54,081 nucleotides of DNA from Candidatus Dojkabacteria bacterium (GCA_016931155.1 JAFGFJ010000003.1:1-54081); one strand, 5' to 3'. Counted from the first letter of the stretch, positions 25,733-35,250 are shown. Numbers and translations: made by a program. The notes: generated by a model not told the origin, from the letters alone.

Positions 25733-28129
25733 TTGTTAGGATATTTTATGTATTACTTAATTCTTTCTGCAATAATCTGCTTTCAGGTATTCCTGAATAT
25801 TATAGTACTCACCGGGAACTTCAATAGTAAAACAAACAGATGGTTTGTTTTGATGAATATCGGTATTATGGTTTGGATAAGTAGTATTTCCCTTGCGAAT
25901 ATTCAATTTAGAGCATTCGCATTTTCCCTGTTCATCAACCAACTTTCATTTATTAGTGTAATTCTTTTCTCATTATTTCTGTTCTTCTTTGTCCAGAATT
26001 TCCCAAGAGAAGTCAAAGTCACTTCCTTTTTTTCTAAAATAATCTTACCCATTAGTGCAGTAGTATGGATCATCTTAATATTTCGAACAAATCTGATAAT
26101 TGAGAACCTTGTTAGAGTCGAAGACAGATATGATATAGAAAGAGGAACACTTTACTTTCCATACATACTCTATATTTTGCTCATAGTTCTAAAAAGTATT
26201 AGGTTATTGGTCAAAAAATACATAGTTTCTGAAGCAATAGAAAAAGCCAAGCTGAAGTTGCTGATCATTAGTTTCGTTCTGATAACAATAGTGATTCTAA
26301 TGACTAACGCAATTATCCCTTCAGTTACAAAAACCACAGTGTCTTCAAATTATGGACCATTTGCAATCATTTTTTGGCTCGGCATAATTGCATATACAAC
26401 AAGAAAACATCGTCTGCTTGATGCACGATTTCTTCTTGGTAAACTTGTCTATTATTTACTTCTCTCTATTATCCTTTATTGTTTTTTTTATGGAATCACA
26501 GCAATACATATGCGGTTTTTTGGCAGTATATACAACATCAATGCCTACGCAATTGGACTGCTCTATGCAATATTGACAGTATCAATTTTCAACGGTGCAA
26601 ACAATTTTATTCGCAAATATATTGACTCCAAACTAATCAATCCGGGCTATGATCCGCTTGAGACCGTTGACGAACTTGGAAACCAGATTGCAACTATCCT
26701 GGATATTAACAGAATAGGAGAAACTGTCCTTTCCACAATTGCAAGAACAATAAGACCAGGATATAAATCACTTATTGTCATACCAAACAAGAAAAAAGGA
26801 AACCCTTTTGAAATAAACTACAAAGGACAGACAATGAAGTTCGAGCCTGAAAATTATGAACTAGCTCAAGAGATATGGAAAGTAACCGGAAAAGATCCAA
26901 TTGTTTACGATGAGATCCAACAGGATTTATTTTCACGCTATGCACCAAAACAGCTGCAAATACGGAGTATAAAAAAGGCAATGGAAAGAAATCTACTCAA
27001 AGTACTTGTACCTCTTGGTCAAAATGAAAATATCTGTGGAATATTAATTTTAGGTCAAAAAGAAGCTGATACTCCTTATACAGTACAGGATATTGAGTTT
27101 CTAAAGAGTATCGCCAGTACGACAAGGGTCGCAGTTGAGCGTGCCATTTTCTATGAAGAGGTTGTCGATCTTAATCGCAATCTTTTGCTTAGAATCGATG
27201 AAGCTACAAAAGAACTCCAAACTAAAAATAAAGATCTACAAAATGCTCTTGATACTGTCAAAGAAATTCAGAGAAGAGAGAGAGACATGATTGACATTAT
27301 GGGTCACGAGCTTCGTACACCTATTACTATTGTCAGAAATGCTATTTCTCTGATAAACAACAGCATTGAAAAAAATCAAAACATTCCTCTCGAATCACTA
27401 GCAAAGTATATAAAAATGGCACAGGAATCTGCTGAAAGAGAAGTAAGCCTCATAGAAACCCTATTAAGTGCAACAAAGGTCGATGCACAAAGGCTCCAAC
27501 TCTTCAGAGAAAATATTGATTTCAGGGATGTTGTACACGATTCCATTCTTGCTCTAAAGCCTAAAGCTGAGGCCAAAAGTCTCCATATAATATACAATGA
27601 GCCCCGGATTCTACCTGAAGTTTATGCAGATAGAACAAGAGTGCAAGAAGTAATGGACAATCTTCTTTCAAATGCAATTAAATACACTGAAAGAGGATAT
27701 ATTGAAATAAAACTGGAGACAAAAAGAGATTATTTAAAATGTTCTATCAAAGATACAGGACTTGGAATACCGCTGGAAGATATTCCTAACCTGGGAAAAA
27801 AGTTTTATAGAGTAAAATCCCATCTGGATGAAGAGAAAGAAAGTCCAATCGTGAGGCCTGGCGGCACTGGGCTAGGGCTTTATGTTTCTTTTGAGTTAGT
27901 AAAAGTTCATGGAGGCAAAGTTAGCGTAGAAAGCGAAATAGGGAAGGGATCCACATTCAGCTTTACTTTCCCTGTTTATAAAGACCAGAAGATTGAGAAG
28001 GCAGAATCAACAATGGAAAAAGACTTATTCAAGAGACTTGGTATGAAGACAAAAGCAGAAAGAGAAAGAGAAGCAGCAAAGGCAAGAAAGAAAAGAAAGA
28101 AACCTGGTCAGAGGGAAATTTCAGACTGA
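25733..28129 (+). CDS. Sensor histidine kinase: multi-pass N-terminal membrane domain, GAF, HisKA, HATPase_c, Lys-rich tail
   Basis: 798 aa. 8-9 hydrophobic helices by eye. GAF-like segment ending ICGILILGQKEADTPYTVQDIEFL. H-box MGHELRTPIT. N-box NLLSNAIKYT. G-boxes DTGLGI and GTGLGLYV. TTG at 25733; ATG at 25748 (MYYLILS) is more likely. No response regulator in the window. Confidence 0.92.
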   Translation: MLGYFMYYLILSAIICFQVFLNIIVLTGNFNSKTNRWFVLMNIGIMVWISSISLANIQFRAFAFSLFINQLSFISVILFSLFLFFFVQNFPREVKVTSFFSKIILPISAVVWIILIFRTNLIIENLVRVEDRYDIERGTLYFPYILYILLIVLKSIRLLVKKYIVSEAIEKAKLKLLIISFVLITIVILMTNAIIPSVTKTTVSSNYGPFAIIFWLGIIAYTTRKHRLLDARFLLGKLVYYLLLSIILYCFFYGITAIHMRFFGSIYNINAYAIGLLYAILTVSIFNGANNFIRKYIDSKLINPGYDPLETVDELGNQIATILDINRIGETVLSTIARTIRPGYKSLIVIPNKKKGNPFEINYKGQTMKFEPENYELAQEIWKVTGKDPIVYDEIQQDLFSRYAPKQLQIRSIKKAMERNLLKVLVPLGQNENICGILILGQKEADTPYTVQDIEFLKSIASTTRVAVERAIFYEEVVDLNRNLLLRIDEATKELQTKNKDLQNALDTVKEIQRRERDMIDIMGHELRTPITIVRNAISLINNSIEKNQNIPLESLAKYIKMAQESAEREVSLIETLLSATKVDAQRLQLFRENIDFRDVVHDSILALKPKAEAKSLHIIYNEPRILPEVYADRTRVQEVMDNLLSNAIKYTERGYIEIKLETKRDYLKCSIKDTGLGIPLEDIPNLGKKFYRVKSHLDEEKESPIVRPGGTGLGLYVSFELVKVHGGKVSVESEIGKGSTFSFTFPVYKDQKIEKAESTMEKDLFKRLGMKTKAEREREAAKARKKRKKPGQREISD

Positions 28130-28163
28130 TACCCCAAGTATTTCAGCCACAAGTTTATCTCAT

Positions 28164-28200
28164 ATGCCAGGTTAATTATCAATCCCAGGCATCCTTTGTT
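28164..28200 (+). terminator. Possible intrinsic terminator after the histidine kinase
   Basis: ATGCCAGG (28164-28171) pairs with CCAGGCAT (28185-28192) with one A-A mismatch, followed by cctttgtttt. Confidence 0.35.
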
Positions 28201-28689
28201 TTAGAATAAAAGACAATTACCCCTATGAAATCTTATTCTATATGGACGGGTTTTTACTGTACACTGCTGGTGGATAACTTTAGGTAATATTTATTTCGCT
28301 ACTCTACTCCCAGTAGAATTTCTATTCTCAGTAGACATAAGTTGCTCGCTTTTTCCATAAATCCCGTAATTTGTTTCCCAACTATGTGGACAAGACAACC
28401 TCAAAGTCACTACAAAAGAATACAATTTTCGTAGTACAAAAATTGCACTAATTACCAGGGCTTATTAAATCCTAACTGCCCCTTGTCTTGCCTGATAAGT
28501 CTTTGCAGAATTTGTATAATCTCGTGTAGATTGAAAAAAACTAAATACTATTACAAACATTTTCAAACTTGTGTCATAATAAATTTAGAACGAATTGTTC
28601 CGTAATTTCGATGTTTTTTACAGTACTTCAAAAAGCGTGTTCTAAAAAATATATATTTACGTAACACATTAAATCAACAAGAGGATAAT

Positions 28690-30525
28690 ATGACAAAAAT
28701 CAAAAAACTCCCACAAAGCGTTATAAACCAGATAGCAGCAGGAGAAGTGGTTGAAAGACCAGCATCGGTAGTCAAAGAACTTATTGAGAATTCGATTGAC
28801 GCAAAATCCACTCAAATCACAGTAAAAATTGAAAATGCCGGCAAAAAACTGATTGAAATAACAGATAATGGCATCGGTATGAACAGGGAAGATGCAAAAA
28901 AAGCTTTCGAACAGCATAGTACTTCAAAGATTTCGTCAGTCGAGGATCTGGAAAAGATTGACACAATGGGCTTCAGAGGAGAAGCTCTTGCAAGTATTTC
29001 TTCAGTGTCAAAGGTCTCTCTTTATACGAAGGAACGTGATTCTGAAGAATCAGGCATAAAAGCTGTGGCAGGAGCAGAAAAAGTGGATCTTATTGAAGAA
29101 ACAGGTGTAGAGGAAGGAGCAAGAATCACTGTCGAAAACCTTTTTACGAATGTTCCTGCAAGAAAAAAATTTCTAAAAAGTGATGCAACCGAGCTAAAAT
29201 ATATCACTGACATGTTCGTCCGGCTTTCACTTTCAAGACCAGGTATTCACTTTGAACTACACAACAACGGGAAACCCTTATACATCCTCCCACGAACAGA
29301 TAATTTGAAGCAAAGAGTATTCGACCTTTTTGGAGGTGATATTTCCTCAAAACTGATAGAAGTGAACTACAACTCCCCGACTATCCAAATCACTGGATTT
29401 ACTGGTCACCCCAGTGTTTCACAGAATAATAGCAACAAACAGTTCATTTTTTTAAATAACAGACCGGTTCATGAAAAAGTCGCAGCAAAGGCGATTAGTA
29501 CTGCGTTTCACACTCTAATCCCGGGAGATAAATATCCTGTTTACTTTCTTTTAATAAAAATTGACCCTTCAAGAGTTGATGTTAATGTTCACCCCAGAAA
29601 AAATGAGGTTAAATTTGAAGATAGTCAGTCTCTTTTTATGGCTGTAAAACAGGCAGTAGAACAAAGTTTGCATAATTATCTACAATCCGAGCTTAGAACA
29701 AGAGTAAATAACCTGGAAGAAACCACAATATCCAGGACGGATTATAAATCGGGATACACGCCCATACCTGAAAGACCACAATGGAAAGGCGAAAAAAATA
29801 CCGGTTCAAAGGCTCTGAATATGAAACCAGACGTTTCCTCAATAGAAGAAAGTATAAGATTCTCACAGACCATTCTAAATAAACCGGAGAATGACCCAGA
29901 TAACCAAACACCGAGACTGCCTGGAGAAGATCTATCTTCTTTCCCTAATGAAGGCTTTCTACAGATTTTCAATACATACTTACTCATCACAAAAGGAGAG
30001 AGACTCCTTATTATAGATCAACACGCCGCTGCAGAGAGAATCACCTATGAAGAACTTATGGAAAAATATAATAAAGGAGAAAAAATAGAACAACAACAGC
30101 TTCTCACTCCTATCACAGTTGACCTCAAACCATACCTTACTCAGACACTCGTAGACAATCTGGAAAATTTTAGAAATTTCGGATTCAATATCGAAGAATT
30201 TGGAGAAGCTACATTTCAAGTCAACTCAATTCCTGCTATTTTCAAAGAATCGGATATTGAAAGTCTTCTGATAGAGACTCTTGAAATACTTACTCAAGAA
30301 ATAAAAACTACTACTCCAATAGAAACAATTATGGATAGAATGCTTGCAAGTATGGCATGTCACGGAAGCATTAGAGCAGGGCAGAAGCTTAGCAGAGAAC
30401 AGACACAATACCTAATTGAAAAACTACTAAAGTGCAAAAAGCCCTATTCCTGCCCTCACGGTCGCCCAATAATCTGGGAGATCTCAAGATACGAAATAGA
30501 AAAGAAATTTAAAAGAGCAAAATAA
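28690..30525 (+). CDS. mutL: DNA mismatch repair protein MutL
   Basis: 611 aa. INQIAAGEVVERPASVVKELIENSIDA, DNGIGM, GFRGEAL. C-terminal endonuclease-type motifs ACHGSIRAG and CPHGRP. Confidence 0.95.
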   Translation: MTKIKKLPQSVINQIAAGEVVERPASVVKELIENSIDAKSTQITVKIENAGKKLIEITDNGIGMNREDAKKAFEQHSTSKISSVEDLEKIDTMGFRGEALASISSVSKVSLYTKERDSEESGIKAVAGAEKVDLIEETGVEEGARITVENLFTNVPARKKFLKSDATELKYITDMFVRLSLSRPGIHFELHNNGKPLYILPRTDNLKQRVFDLFGGDISSKLIEVNYNSPTIQITGFTGHPSVSQNNSNKQFIFLNNRPVHEKVAAKAISTAFHTLIPGDKYPVYFLLIKIDPSRVDVNVHPRKNEVKFEDSQSLFMAVKQAVEQSLHNYLQSELRTRVNNLEETTISRTDYKSGYTPIPERPQWKGEKNTGSKALNMKPDVSSIEESIRFSQTILNKPENDPDNQTPRLPGEDLSSFPNEGFLQIFNTYLLITKGERLLIIDQHAAAERITYEELMEKYNKGEKIEQQQLLTPITVDLKPYLTQTLVDNLENFRNFGFNIEEFGEATFQVNSIPAIFKESDIESLLIETLEILTQEIKTTTPIETIMDRMLASMACHGSIRAGQKLSREQTQYLIEKLLKCKKPYSCPHGRPIIWEISRYEIEKKFKRAK

Positions 30526-30572
30526 AAATGGAATAGTACAAGAAATATCAATAAACTTATCAGATTATAATC

Positions 30573-31139
30573 ATGGCAAAAATATATCCGTTCAATAGAA
30601 AATCATTGGAAAGTTTAAAGGAATTACTTAGAAAAATAGAACCTGCATTTCTTTTTCTAATACCAGCTTTTGCAATTATAGCAATGATTCTGGCAGTCAC
30701 TGGAGCATTCCAGTTTTTCGGAAGCACTTACGAATCATCAACCGATTCAAACCATATTAACGAAGAAACAGATGCCTCAAAACTCAGTACTGTACACTTA
30801 GGAGAAGACCAAATCACAATTAAGGTAGAAATCGCTGATTCCAGCAAAGAGTGGACAAACGGACTTATGAATAGAAATTACCTTCCTTCCGATCATGGCA
30901 TGTTATTTGTTTTCCCAGATGAAAATATCAGGTCATTTTGGATGAAAGATACATACATCCCTCTCGATATTATTTACATTAATTCTGAAAAAGAAATTAT
31001 TGATATTTACGAATCTGTCGAACCTTTAAATGAAGAAAAAAGTTATACTTCAAAGAGTGGGGCAAAATATGTACTTGAAGTCAACGGAGGTTTCGTCAAA
31101 AAAAATGATATTCGTGAAGGAATGAGGATTTACTTTTGA
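30573..31139 (+). CDS. DUF192 domain protein, membrane-anchored
   Basis: 188 aa. One TM, then WTNGLMNRNYLPSDHGMLFVF...FWMKDTYIPLDIIYI, the DUF192 pattern. Confidence 0.8.
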   Translation: MAKIYPFNRKSLESLKELLRKIEPAFLFLIPAFAIIAMILAVTGAFQFFGSTYESSTDSNHINEETDASKLSTVHLGEDQITIKVEIADSSKEWTNGLMNRNYLPSDHGMLFVFPDENIRSFWMKDTYIPLDIIYINSEKEIIDIYESVEPLNEEKSYTSKSGAKYVLEVNGGFVKKNDIREGMRIYF

Positions 31140-31375
31140 CCTCGAAATTGAATAAATTTGATAATCAATATTCAAAGGGTTCAGAATAAGGTGTTCAAAT
31201 TTATTACTCAACTTTTACTATTTTAAGCCCTATAGTCTCCATTGTTCATTGATATAATCACGAGTAAGTTGCTGGTTATAGTGAGTTAACAAGGGGTAGT
31301 AGTGGGCAAACTAACAGTTGGGAACATAATAAAAGAGACCCCTTAGGTATAGCCACATTTTGATCAATATAATGC

Positions 31376-31405
31376 TTGACATTGTATCAAAACAACTTAT
31401 ATAAT
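31376..31405 (+). promoter_or_regulatory. Near-consensus sigma70-type promoter (TTGACA-18-TATAAT)
   Basis: TTGACA at 31376-31381, 18-nt spacer, TATAAT at 31400-31405. It is not placed in front of any annotated ORF. Confidence 0.6.
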
Positions 31406-31409
31406 GTGG

Positions 31410-31500
31410 ATGAAATTTGGTCAACCAAATTTCGTAAAAAGCAAAAGGCAGTAAAAATAGTTAAAAGTGCAAGCAAAAAAGTCTCCTCGGAGACTTTTTT
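31410..31500 (+). ncRNA. Candidate ~90-nt small RNA (5' hairpin, A-rich linker, terminator); alternatively a 14-codon leaderless mini-ORF
   Basis: An 11-bp stem (31410-31435, core AAATTTGG-tcaa-CCAAATTT) starts 5 nt after the -10. The linker is A-rich. The terminator lies at 31475-31500. ATG 31410 opens MKFGQPNFVKSKRQ* but is buried in the stem and has no SD. Confidence 0.45.
31475..31500 (+). terminator. Intrinsic terminator (bidirectional shape)
   Basis: AAAAAAGTCTC-ctcg-GAGACTTTTTT. Confidence 0.8.
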
Positions 31501-31541
31501 GTTGTGTTAATTTCGATACTATGACGTCGAATTTTCTTCTC

Positions 31542-31570
31542 TTGCAATTGTACAATTTCTTCCCTACAAT
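31542..31570 (+). promoter_or_regulatory. Promoter for the 31626 gene (TTGCAA-17-TACAAT)
   Basis: TTGCAA 31542-31547, 17-nt spacer, TACAAT 31565-31570. A strong SD GGAGGAGGTGA (31607-31617) lies 8 nt before the ATG. Confidence 0.45.
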
Positions 31571-31625
31571 TTTACCATAATAGAAAAAGAGCAATCATTA
31601 GACTTTGGAGGAGGTGACATAAATT

Positions 31626-32003
31626 ATGAAAAAACTATTTATAGTAGCATCAGTTGCTATCATTGCAATGTCTTCATTTGCACTAGCTGGAACAACTGCA
31701 CTTGCTCAAGTGGATGACGACCCATTTGGTACTTACGAATACACATACAGTTCTTCAGATGATGAAGAAGCAGCAAAGGCACTTATGGGTGTTGGTATGA
31801 TTTTCTGGGTAGTTTTTTGTTGTGTATGGCTTCTTATTTCTGGAGGTTTAGCTTTCTGGGTTTATAGTGACTCAAAGAAGAACAGTGTTGAGAACGGAGT
31901 ACTATGGGCAGTACTTACATTTCTTTTTGGATTGATTCCGCTTTTGATTTACTTTTTGGCAATCAAGAAGAACTCATCTGGGAGCAGTTCTGCAAAGGAG
32001 TAA
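31626..32003 (+). CDS. Small membrane protein with PLD-N-terminal-like (PLDc_N) segment
   Basis: 125 aa. Signal/TM, acidic segment, then FWVYSDSKKNSVENGVLWAVLTFLFGLIPLLIYFL, which resembles the PLDc_N pattern. Strong SD upstream. Confidence 0.7.
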   Translation: MKKLFIVASVAIIAMSSFALAGTTALAQVDDDPFGTYEYTYSSSDDEEAAKALMGVGMIFWVVFCCVWLLISGGLAFWVYSDSKKNSVENGVLWAVLTFLFGLIPLLIYFLAIKKNSSGSSSAKE

Positions 32004-32023
32004 GAAAGATAAATTTGTGGATT

Positions 32024-32054
32024 AAAAGGTCGCGTTTGCACGCGACCTTTTTTA
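32024..32054 (+). terminator. Intrinsic terminator
   Basis: AAAAGGTCGCG-tttgca-CGCGACCTTTTTT. Confidence 0.85.
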
Positions 32055-32349
32055 TTGTATTGTTATCGTTTTTCCAATTCCAATAGTAAAACCGATATGT
32101 CACTTATTCATCCGTTTATCCTTCCATCCGTTCATCCTTTAAAGGACATCAATGACATTGCAGGAATGTTTCTATCGTTAATTCGATGGAATATCTGGCA
32201 AGACCGAGCAAAGCTTCCCTTCATTTCGACACTCAAAGAACAACCAGGTGGACAAACCCTTAATACACAACGTATAATTTAGCCGTAATTCAGAACTAAA
32301 TTATGGTTATAGTTTTAGTTATTGTTACAATTACATTATCCTTTTTATT

Positions 32350-32931
32350 ATGAATTCATATTTAATACCAACAATAATTGAGAAGGGAAGAGATGGAGAA
32401 AGAGCATATGATATCTACTCCAGGCTTTTGAAGGAGAGAATAGTCTTTCTTGGAACACCAATAGATGACCAGGTTGCAAACGCAATTGTGGCTCAACTAC
32501 TATTTTTACAAAAGGAAAACGCCGAAAAAGATATAGTGATGTATGTAAACAGTCCAGGTGGAGTGATTTATTCCGGTCTTGCAATAATTGATACAATGAA
32601 CCACGTCAAACCAGATATAAGCACAGTCGCAGTAGGGACAGCAGCCTCAATGGCAACCCTTATCCTCACAAGCGGAACAAAAGGCAAGAGATTTGCTCTT
32701 CCAAACAGTATGATCCATATGCATCAGCCAATTGGAGGTGCAAGAGGACAGGCTAGTGATATAGAAATAGAAGCGAAGGAGATATTGAGACTAAAGGATC
32801 TGACAACCAGTATACTTGTCAAAAATACAGGACAGGAAAAATCAAAGGTAGCAAAAGACATAGACAGGGATTATCATATGACAGCGAGAGATGCTTTGAA
32901 ATACGGACTTATTGATAAAGTAATTGGATAA
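32350..32931 (+). CDS. clpP: ATP-dependent Clp protease proteolytic subunit
   Basis: 193 aa. [28 protein letters not shown] (Ser), MIHQP (His), DRD. Confidence 0.96.
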   Translation: MNSYLIPTIIEKGRDGERAYDIYSRLLKERIVFLGTPIDDQVANAIVAQLLFLQKENAEKDIVMYVNSPGGVIYSGLAIIDTMNHVKPDISTVAVGTAASMATLILTSGTKGKRFALPNSMIHMHQPIGGARGQASDIEIEAKEILRLKDLTTSILVKNTGQEKSKVAKDIDRDYHMTARDALKYGLIDKVIG

Positions 32932-33024
32932 AGGAGTAGAGAATACTCCTAGGATCCGTGAAACATTTGCGTGGCTAGGAATTTCAAGGTCGAATCTTTG
33001 CTTCTTTTTGACAATTTACTTTTT

Positions 33025-33100
33025 GGGCAGTTAGCTCAGCTGGTAGAGCACTCCCTTGACGTGGGAGTGGTCAGAGGTTCGAATCCTCTACTGCCCACCA
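33025..33100 (+). tRNA. tRNA-Val (anticodon GAC), CCA encoded
   Basis: Acceptor GGGCAGT/ACTGCCC. D arm GCTC-AGCTGGT-AGAGC. Anticodon stem CTCCC/GGGAG with loop TTGACGT. T arm AGAGG-TTCGAAT-CCTCT. Discriminator A then CCA. Confidence 0.95.
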
Positions 33101-33210
33101 GAACACTATATTCTATAAAAAAGCAGTTAAACCTCTGAAAACTCACAAGTAAACCCGATTCAATTTTAATTGTCTTTTCCTGAATTTTAAAATCATTTTA
33201 TTGACTTTTC

Positions 33211-33379
33211 TGCTATAATACCTTATCAGTGAGAAGGCAACCAGTGAAAAGTCTTCAACATAAGCTAATACCATACAATTGAATACTGTACCAAAAGCAC
33301 AAAGAAGAGTGGAACCACGATAGAAAGTCGTCTCTAGTCAGTTGAAAATCAATTGATTGAGGACGACTTTTTTTTTGTT
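33211..33379 (+). promoter_or_regulatory. thrS leader: extended -10 promoter plus T-box-like attenuator
   Basis: TGCTATAAT at 33211-33219. GA-rich AGTGAGAAGG near the 5' end. ACC-A (a Thr codon followed by purine) at 33240-33243 and 33290-33293. GAGTGGAACCACGA (33307-33320) against the T-box core GGGTGGnACCGCG has 2 mismatches, and UGGA fits a U73 discriminator. The terminator follows immediately. Confidence 0.45.
33324..33379 (+). terminator. Strong intrinsic terminator inside the thrS 5' leader
   Basis: AAAGTCGTCTC ... GAGGACGACTTT outer stem with inner TCAGTTG-aaaat-CAATTGA, then T9-G-T5. It lies ~90 nt upstream of the thrS ATG. Confidence 0.8.
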
Positions 33380-33468
33380 TTTACTAAAACTATTTTTTAA
33401 GTCGCAAAACCTCCCAGAGAATAACAAAAGAGATTCTCAAGAATAACTAATTATTAAATAATACAAAA

Positions 33469-35250
33469 ATGGCACAAAAAGAAAACGACTACAGCACACC
33501 AGCACCTGAGACCAGCTATGAAGAAAAAATGAGACATAGTGCCGCCCATATTCTGGCTGCTGCAGTACTAAGGATATACCCCGAAGCAAAACTCGGAATT
33601 GGTCCTGCTGTTGAGAATGGGTTCTACTACGATTTTGAATTTCCAAAACAAATTACACCAGAGGATCTCCCCGCAATTGAGAGAGAAATGAAAAGTATTG
33701 TCGAGGAGGAGTTGCCAATTACTCAGACCTTCATCCCAAGAGAACAGGCTATGGATATGCTTCACATGCGAGGTCAGATTTACAAAACCGAGCTTTTACA
33801 GGAAATCCCGGATGAGACAATCAGTTTTTTCAAGACCGGAGAAGAATTTTCAGACCTGTGTAGAGGTCCACATGTCAAACATACCGGTAAAATAGGTGCC
33901 TTCAAGCTTACTCACATAGCTGGAGCTTACTGGCGTGGAGACGAAACCAGACCACAACTTCAAAGAATCTATGGATTGGCATTCAAAACTCAAAAGAAAC
34001 TCGACGATTTCGTCGAAATGCAGGAAGAAATGAAACTCAGAGACCATAGAAAACTGGGAAAAGAGCTGGAACTCTTTACTGTCAGTGACATGATAGGAGC
34101 AGGACTCCCAATTTGGCTTCCAAAAGGAGCTACTATTAGAAAAGTTATTCAGGATTTCCTCTACAAGGAACAGGAGAGTGCCGGCTATCAGCATATCATT
34201 GCCCCGCATATCGGAAAAGTAGACCTATACAAGACTTCAGGTCACTGGGACTATTATAAAGATAATATGTACTCACCAATAAAAATTGACGAAGAAGAGT
34301 TTATTCTAAAGCCAATGAATTGCCCGCATCACATTCAAGCATATGACGTTAAAAAAAGAAGCTACCGAGAACTTCCCTTGAGACTTGCAGAATTTGGGAC
34401 AGTCTACAGATACGAACAATCAGGAGAACTATCAGGAATGAGTAGAGTACGCGGTTTTACTATTGATGATGCTCATATTTTTTGCGAACCGGAGCAAGTC
34501 CAGAGTGAATTTGTTGCCTCAATAAAACTGGCATTAAAAGTCCTAAGAGCTCTCGGACTAAGCGATTACAGACTTGAAATATCCCTGAGAGATCCGGAAA
34601 ACAAAAAGAAATACAGCGGAAACGATGATTTGTGGGACAGAGCAGAAAAAGCAATCAAAGATTCAGTAAAAGTGCTTGGTCTGGTAGCAAGAGAAATGGA
34701 AGGGGAAGCTGCATTTTATGGGCCAAAACTTGATTTCAAATTCAAAGATGTATTTGGAAGAGAGCATCAGCTTTCAACCGTCCAGCTCGACTTCAACCTG
34801 CCTGAGAAGTTCAAACTTACATACATCAACAAGAAAGGGATTGAAGAAAGACCTGTTATGGTACACAGAGCATTGCTTGGCTCATTCGAGAGATTTTTCT
34901 CGATATTTATTGAGCACTACGGCGGCGCATTCCCATTGTGGCTTGCACCTGTACAGGCAGAGATAATTCCAATCTCAGAAAACTTTATGGTTTATGCAAA
35001 AAAAGTAAAGAAAATGCTTGAAGAAGCTGGAATAAGGTCAGAAATTGACGACAGAGATGAGACTATGCAGTCAAAAATACGTGACGCACAGCTTCAGAAA
35101 GTCCCATATATGCTTGTAATCGGAGAAAAAGAAGAAAAGAACGAAGGAGTTGCAGTAAGACCAAGAGCAGGACAGGATCAGGGTATGGTAAAATTAGCTG
35201 AATTTATCAGAGACGCCAGCAAGAAGATTGAAGATAAGGTCATATTTTGA
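33469..35250 (+). CDS. thrS: Threonine--tRNA ligase (starts at the editing/SAD domain; no TGS domain evident)
   Basis: 593 aa. HSAAHILAAAV (editing domain HxxxH). Class II motifs FILKPMNCPHH, RVRGFTIDDAHIF and GAFPLWLAP. The anticodon-binding C-terminus is present. Confidence 0.95.
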   Translation: MAQKENDYSTPAPETSYEEKMRHSAAHILAAAVLRIYPEAKLGIGPAVENGFYYDFEFPKQITPEDLPAIEREMKSIVEEELPITQTFIPREQAMDMLHMRGQIYKTELLQEIPDETISFFKTGEEFSDLCRGPHVKHTGKIGAFKLTHIAGAYWRGDETRPQLQRIYGLAFKTQKKLDDFVEMQEEMKLRDHRKLGKELELFTVSDMIGAGLPIWLPKGATIRKVIQDFLYKEQESAGYQHIIAPHIGKVDLYKTSGHWDYYKDNMYSPIKIDEEEFILKPMNCPHHIQAYDVKKRSYRELPLRLAEFGTVYRYEQSGELSGMSRVRGFTIDDAHIFCEPEQVQSEFVASIKLALKVLRALGLSDYRLEISLRDPENKKKYSGNDDLWDRAEKAIKDSVKVLGLVAREMEGEAAFYGPKLDFKFKDVFGREHQLSTVQLDFNLPEKFKLTYINKKGIEERPVMVHRALLGSFERFFSIFIEHYGGAFPLWLAPVQAEIIPISENFMVYAKKVKKMLEEAGIRSEIDDRDETMQSKIRDAQLQKVPYMLVIGEKEEKNEGVAVRPRAGQDQGMVKLAEFIRDASKKIEDKVIF

